Virus record (IMG/VR): IMGVR_UViG_2713896897_000004
Span: 1-9,910 of that record
Length of the DNA: 9,910 nt
DNA from: a virus
Lineage: Duplodnaviria; Heunggongvirae; Uroviricota; Caudoviricetes
Reading direction: 5' to 3' (one strand)
A program made the translations under genes and the position numbers. This document shows, piece after piece, positions 7,050 through 9,910 of this stretch; position 1 is the stretch's first letter, and every line of letters begins with the position of its first letter. The notes below the pieces were generated by a model. The model ran no database searches and was not told where the DNA came from. It saw only the letters and a list, made by a program, of their open reading frames with translations.

Positions 7050-7140
7050 GATGTTTTCCTCATGTGAAATGGCTTTGGTGGTGATGCGCCAGATGCTGAT
7101 CTTCTGGTTGCTGTCGTTGCAGCTGCAATTCACATCACCG

Positions 7141-7159
7141 CCAAACCCATCTCGTTTGG
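7141..7159 (-). promoter_or_regulatory. Hairpin in the N leader (CCAAAC-N7-GTTTGG)
   Basis: A 6-bp inverted repeat between boxB and the N start; it could structure the leader, as the RNase III site does in the lambda N leader. Confidence 0.3.
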
Positions 7160-7168
7160 TATCTGTTT

Positions 7169-7202
7169 GCGCTTTGTCAGCGCCCCATCGAAGTTAAAGA
7201 GC
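7169..7202 (-). promoter_or_regulatory. nutL site: boxA plus boxB hairpin
   Basis: On the minus strand, GCTCTTTAAC (boxA consensus CGCTCTTTA) is followed after 9 nt by GCGCTGACAAAGCGC, a 5-bp stem with GACAA pentaloop, identical to the P22 boxB as I recall it. Confidence 0.7.
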
Positions 7203-7248
7203 CTGCCAATCTGTTCCGTTTAGCTTCCAGCTTCCTGCTGACGTGACA

Positions 7249-7294
7249 ATAATGAACCAATAGTTCGATATTATCAAGAACTATTGGTACGAAA
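7249..7294 (-). promoter_or_regulatory. Putative pL promoter with overlapping operator-like inverted repeat (OL)
   Basis: Minus-strand -35 TTGATA (7277..7272) and -10 CATTAT (7254..7249) with a 17-nt spacer, about 40 nt upstream of boxA. A perfect 10-bp inverted repeat CCAATAGTTC-N11-GAACTATTGG (7257-7287) overlaps the -35. GAACTATTGGTACGAAA (7278-7294) partly resembles the OR site. Confidence 0.35.
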
Positions 7295-7457
7295 TTTTTG
7301 TGATTTATTAATGCAGCGAGATATAATTTTGATATATAAGGAAATTTATTTTTGTAAATGCTGCAGATTGGTCTGTAGTTGGAGGGGGTATTGCTGGTGA
7401 GTTGGTTCGCGGTTTACCACATTTGCGGCTATTAAATATGGGAGGGCGATCGTGAGG

Positions 7458-7487
7458 CAAAGAAAACCCGGCTCGGTGGCCGGGTTT
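7458..7487 (-). terminator. Rho-independent terminator (tImm-like) after the 348-aa gene
   Basis: Plus strand AAACCCGGC-tcggtg-GCCGGGTTT: on the minus strand a 9-bp stem is followed by TTTTCTTTG, 9 nt after the stop at 7496. Confidence 0.7.
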
Positions 7488-7495
7488 GGAGTGCA

Positions 7496-8542
7496 TCACT
7501 CTGGTTCGCTGGGGAATATATTTATCAATTGCCCTGTTGAAATGTGTCCATTTTCTACAACCTCTAGGTATGAAATTTCAACAGTTGATTCTTTGGCTAC
7601 AGCATTCAAAAACTCAAGAAGCTCATCAGTAGATGTTATGTCGGCTGAGGTTTTTATGGTGAAAGATTCACCATTTGAAACCCTTGTGACGTCAATATTT
7701 ATGTCCTGATTTGTTTCTCCCGAGCGACGAACGCCCGTGACATAAAAGTTATCTCTTCTAGTTTCCTTTTTTCGATCAATTGATTGCCTTTGGTTTAAGG
7801 TATTCAACTGTTCTCTATTTACCACTCTCTGACCAATTGTTACCTTCTCAACTGACGAGTCTTGAGCAAGCTTTTTAAGCAACTTGCTTTTACCATCCTC
7901 GCCGTGAGCCAGAACCTCTCTGCTAATGTTTGTTTGACCGCTAATCAACAACTTGAGCACATTGTCTTGTGCTTCGTTTACCGCTTTGGTGCTTTTTTCC
8001 ACCAATTGCACCTGAGAATCTTGGTCATGTCGCTGTGTTTCGTAGTACTCATTGATCCACTTATAGCCTACCGTGCTGGCAGCTAAGACGATAGCGGCGA
8101 CGGCGCATAGTGCTTGCCTTCCTGTCATTTTGCCTATCGCTTGAGTTAACACTGTCACCACTCCGTTTACAATCGGATCTGAGTCACCATCCGCTTGGCT
8201 TGAGCCTTCGCTTATTCGGTAGACAATATCCAGCAAACCTTTCTCTGCATCTTTTAGCTTCTGCCGATTATGAGTGCTGTGACTGACTACCGTAAATGCT
8301 TTTTGTATTTCATGCGTAAGCTCTGCCATACCAAAAAGCATTGACGCAGTCAATGAAGAATTATATCTATTTGGATCGCCTTTTACATTAATATTGATCT
8401 TTGGCCATCCACTGAAAACTACGCTAGGGAATGTGAAGTCGCTTGAGTCGATATCCTTCCTTCCGAGCATTTCTGTTACAAAAGATACAAAGTCGTCTTC
8501 TGACTTGATAACATATTGTGCAGGTTGATCAATCACTGACAT
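7496..8542 (-). CDS. Uncharacterised 348-aa single-pass membrane protein in the rexAB-equivalent slot; candidate prophage exclusion or abortive-infection protein
   Basis: ATG at 8542 with AAGGA 7 nt upstream, 76 nt after the cI stop with no terminator between. One central hydrophobic helix (ALCAVAAIVLAASTVGYKWI) flanked by soluble domains of about 140 and 185 aa. Hand-counted GC is about 35-40% against about 48-50% in cI and recT. No motif I can assign. Confidence 0.8.
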   Translation of the reverse strand: MSVIDQPAQYVIKSEDDFVSFVTEMLGRKDIDSSDFTFPSVVFSGWPKININVKGDPNRYNSSLTASMLFGMAELTHEIQKAFTVVSHSTHNRQKLKDAEKGLLDIVYRISEGSSQADGDSDPIVNGVVTVLTQAIGKMTGRQALCAVAAIVLAASTVGYKWINEYYETQRHDQDSQVQLVEKSTKAVNEAQDNVLKLLISGQTNISREVLAHGEDGKSKLLKKLAQDSSVEKVTIGQRVVNREQLNTLNQRQSIDRKKETRRDNFYVTGVRRSGETNQDINIDVTRVSNGESFTIKTSADITSTDELLEFLNAVAKESTVEISYLEVVENGHISTGQLINIFPSEPE

Positions 8543-8618
8543 TCTTAATCCTTAACATCCATTCCTATCACCCAAACGTCTCTTTAGGCCACTGACTATC
8601 AGCTATGTGACGATGAAG

Positions 8619-9326
8619 TCACGAATTTTTCAGCCACTCCCTTGCCTCGATGTCATCCAGATGGCGAGATTGCTTCAGAATACCAGCCACATACTCCACC
8701 TTTGCTACTTGATGATAAGGCAACGTTATAGGTCTGTGGTCCTGGTTAATGCTTGTAAATTGGTATTCTCCATCTCTGTCATAGCCAAGAACCTTAATCA
8801 TGTTGTGTCCTTCAACGGTTCTGACAAACACCTCATCACCCGGGAATACTTTGGTGTTAGGCTCAATGAGTACATATTCTCCTGATTTTATTCTGGGCCA
8901 CATGCTGTCTCCTTTCACACGAAGACCAAAGGCATCTGGATCATCGCTATAAATTTTGAGCCACCCATCGCGCTCTTCGGTCATCTCGATGGCACCATCA
9001 ACACCAAGAATTGCCTCACCAACCACGCGCACTAACCCTTTTTTTAATTTGCCAACAAATGAAAGAGTATCTTCATCATTCGCTCCATTTAACGAAGTGC
9101 CGTGCTGAAGCCAAACAACATCAACGTTTAGAAATTTCGCAAGCGCATTCATTTTTTCCTGACGCGGTAAAGACTCAGCATTAAACCATTTGCTAACGCC
9201 TTTGGACGAAAGAGAAAGGGCACGGGCTATAGCCATCCCCCTACCATGTTCATCAAGACCAGCTTCTTTACAGGCTTGCGCTAGCCGCTGGGCGAATTCT
9301 TTGCGCACTTTTTCATTCTGAACCAT
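8619..9326 (-). CDS. cI: CI-type prophage repressor (HTH plus S24 LexA-like peptidase domain), 235 aa
   Basis: N-terminal HTH (RGMAIARALSLSSKGVSKWFN) and C-terminal S24 motifs (GDSMWP serine, MIKVL lysine). Divergent from cro across an operator region; the ATG at 9326 abuts an operator palindrome. Confidence 0.9.
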   Translation of the reverse strand: MVQNEKVRKEFAQRLAQACKEAGLDEHGRGMAIARALSLSSKGVSKWFNAESLPRQEKMNALAKFLNVDVVWLQHGTSLNGANDEDTLSFVGKLKKGLVRVVGEAILGVDGAIEMTEERDGWLKIYSDDPDAFGLRVKGDSMWPRIKSGEYVLIEPNTKVFPGDEVFVRTVEGHNMIKVLGYDRDGEYQFTSINQDHRPITLPYHQVAKVEYVAGILKQSRHLDDIEAREWLKNS

Positions 9327-9404
9327 GAGTACGATACTAAAGCACTTGCAAAAACTTTCAGTTCAACCATAATACGTACTGAAAGTACGAAAAAGGATAT
9401 TCCT
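9327..9404. promoter_or_regulatory. OR region: divergent PRM/PR with three palindromic operator-like sites
   Basis: Sites AGTACGATACT (9328-9338), AACTTTCAGTT (9353-9363) and CGTACTGAAAGTACG (9375-9389). Candidate PR is -35 TTGCAA (9346-9351) and -10 CATAAT (9368-9373) with a 16-nt spacer; the cro SD AAGGA is at 9393-9397. Confidence 0.65.
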
Positions 9405-9632
9405 ATGCAAAATCTTGATGAGCCGATTAAAGGTGTCGGCATCCCTGAAGTTGCGAAGGCTTGTGGAGTTAGCGAAAGGGCTGTCTATAAGTGGCTCAAA
9501 AACGGCTTCCTCCCTAAGACTGAGTTTTTTGGGAAAACTAAATACGCATCAAAAATCGAAGAGATTTCTGGTGGCAAATATCAAGCAAGCGAAATGCTTG
9601 AAATAAGCAAAAAGAACCTTCTGGCTGCATAA
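9405..9632 (+). CDS. cro: Cro-type repressor (75 aa)
   Basis: Small HTH protein (GIPEVAKACGVSERAVYKWLKNG) divergent from cI, with SD AAGGA 7 nt upstream. Confidence 0.85.
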   Translation: MQNLDEPIKGVGIPEVAKACGVSERAVYKWLKNGFLPKTEFFGKTKYASKIEEISGGKYQASEMLEISKKNLLAA

Positions 9633-9639
9633 GTAACAC

Positions 9640-9674
9640 CGCTCTTTATCAATCTGCACCGCCGACAACGCGGT
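9640..9674 (+). promoter_or_regulatory. nutR-like site: boxA plus boxB-like hairpin
   Basis: CGCTCTTTA (9640-9648) is followed after 9 nt by ACCGC-CGACAAC-GCGGT (9658-9674), a 5-bp stem whose loop contains GACAA, between cro and cII. Confidence 0.55.
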
Positions 9675-9738
9675 AACTAATTAAGCTCTCATCGAAAGAT
9701 GGGGATTAGTGATTATTTACCTATGGAAATAGTAAGAA

Positions 9739-9910
9739 ATGGAACAAACAAGTTACAGCAAACTATCACAGCGCGACGTTGATCGCGCAGAAACAGATTT
9801 ACTCATCAACCTGTCAACGCTTACACAGCGCGGTCTGGCAAAGATGATTGGCTGTCATGAATCGAAGATAAGCAGAACGGACTGGAGATTTATTGCTTCG
9901 GTCTTGTGTG
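9739..9910 (+). CDS. cII: CII-like transcriptional activator (partial, runs off the window end)
   Basis: Hand translation from ATG 9739 gives MEQTSYSKLSQRDVDRAETDLLINLSTLTQRGLAKMIGCHESKISRTDWRFIASVLC..., whose HTH region parallels lambda CII (ESALLNKIAMLGTEKTAEAVGVDKSQISRW). Absent from the ORF track because there is no stop in the window. Confidence 0.7.
   Translation, partial: MEQTSYSKLSQRDVDRAETDLLINLSTLTQRGLAKMIGCHESKISRTDWRFIASVLC

Noticed and set aside
6714-7133. 139-aa extended N ORF starting at GTG 7133
   Set aside because: The extension lies in the nut-containing leader; the ATG at 7049 has an SD and gives the P22-numbered arginine-rich motif.
7308-7499. Minus-strand 63-aa ORF
   Set aside because: It is translated through the tImm terminator hairpin into the AT-rich spacer, with a Pro-rich low-complexity product.
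7452-7709. Plus-strand 85-aa ORF (and 7862..8086)
   Set aside because: Antisense to the 348-aa gene; starts at a GTG inside the terminator region.
7496-8542. Calling the 348-aa protein RexA or RexB
   Set aside because: It shares only the genomic position with Rex. There is one TM helix, against RexB's multi-pass topology and RexA's cytoplasmic nature, and I see no sequence resemblance.
8607-8885. Plus-strand 92-aa ORF
   Set aside because: Antisense to cI.
9415-9606. Plus-strand 63-aa ORF in another frame inside cro
   Set aside because: The alternative frame has no HTH-like content; cro in the other frame has an SD and clear Cro features.
1-9910. CRISPR arrays, tRNA or rRNA genes, IS elements, integrase or att sites
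   Set aside because: No regularly spaced direct repeats, no tRNA-like cloverleaf candidates, and no transposase or integrase-like ORFs were seen in the window.

Overview
This window reads as the immunity and early-left (pL) region of a lambdoid prophage of Enterobacteriaceae type, almost entirely encoded on the minus strand. From right to left: a partial cII-like gene, cro, a divergent OR/PRM/PR operator region, a cI-type repressor (HTH plus S24 LexA-like peptidase), then an uncharacterised 348-aa single-pass membrane protein in the slot where lambda carries rexA/rexB, closed by a strong rho-independent terminator. Further left are the pL/nutL region (boxA plus a boxB hairpin of P22 type), an N antiterminator with a P22-type arginine-rich motif, a two-TM membrane protein (SieB-like by position), two tL-type terminators, a cIII-like small gene, an overlapping Kil-like small ORF that the ORF track missed, an acidic 103-aa protein in the gam slot, a RecT-family annealase, a Gp157-like coiled-coil protein, and a chain of translationally coupled 'ea'-type accessory genes. 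I saw no rRNA, tRNA, CRISPR array or IS element. The most interesting candidate is the 348-aa gene at 7496..8542: it is low in GC, apparently co-transcribed with the repressor, and I cannot assign it to any family. All family assignments rest on motif recall and reading the sequence by eye; no database search was run.
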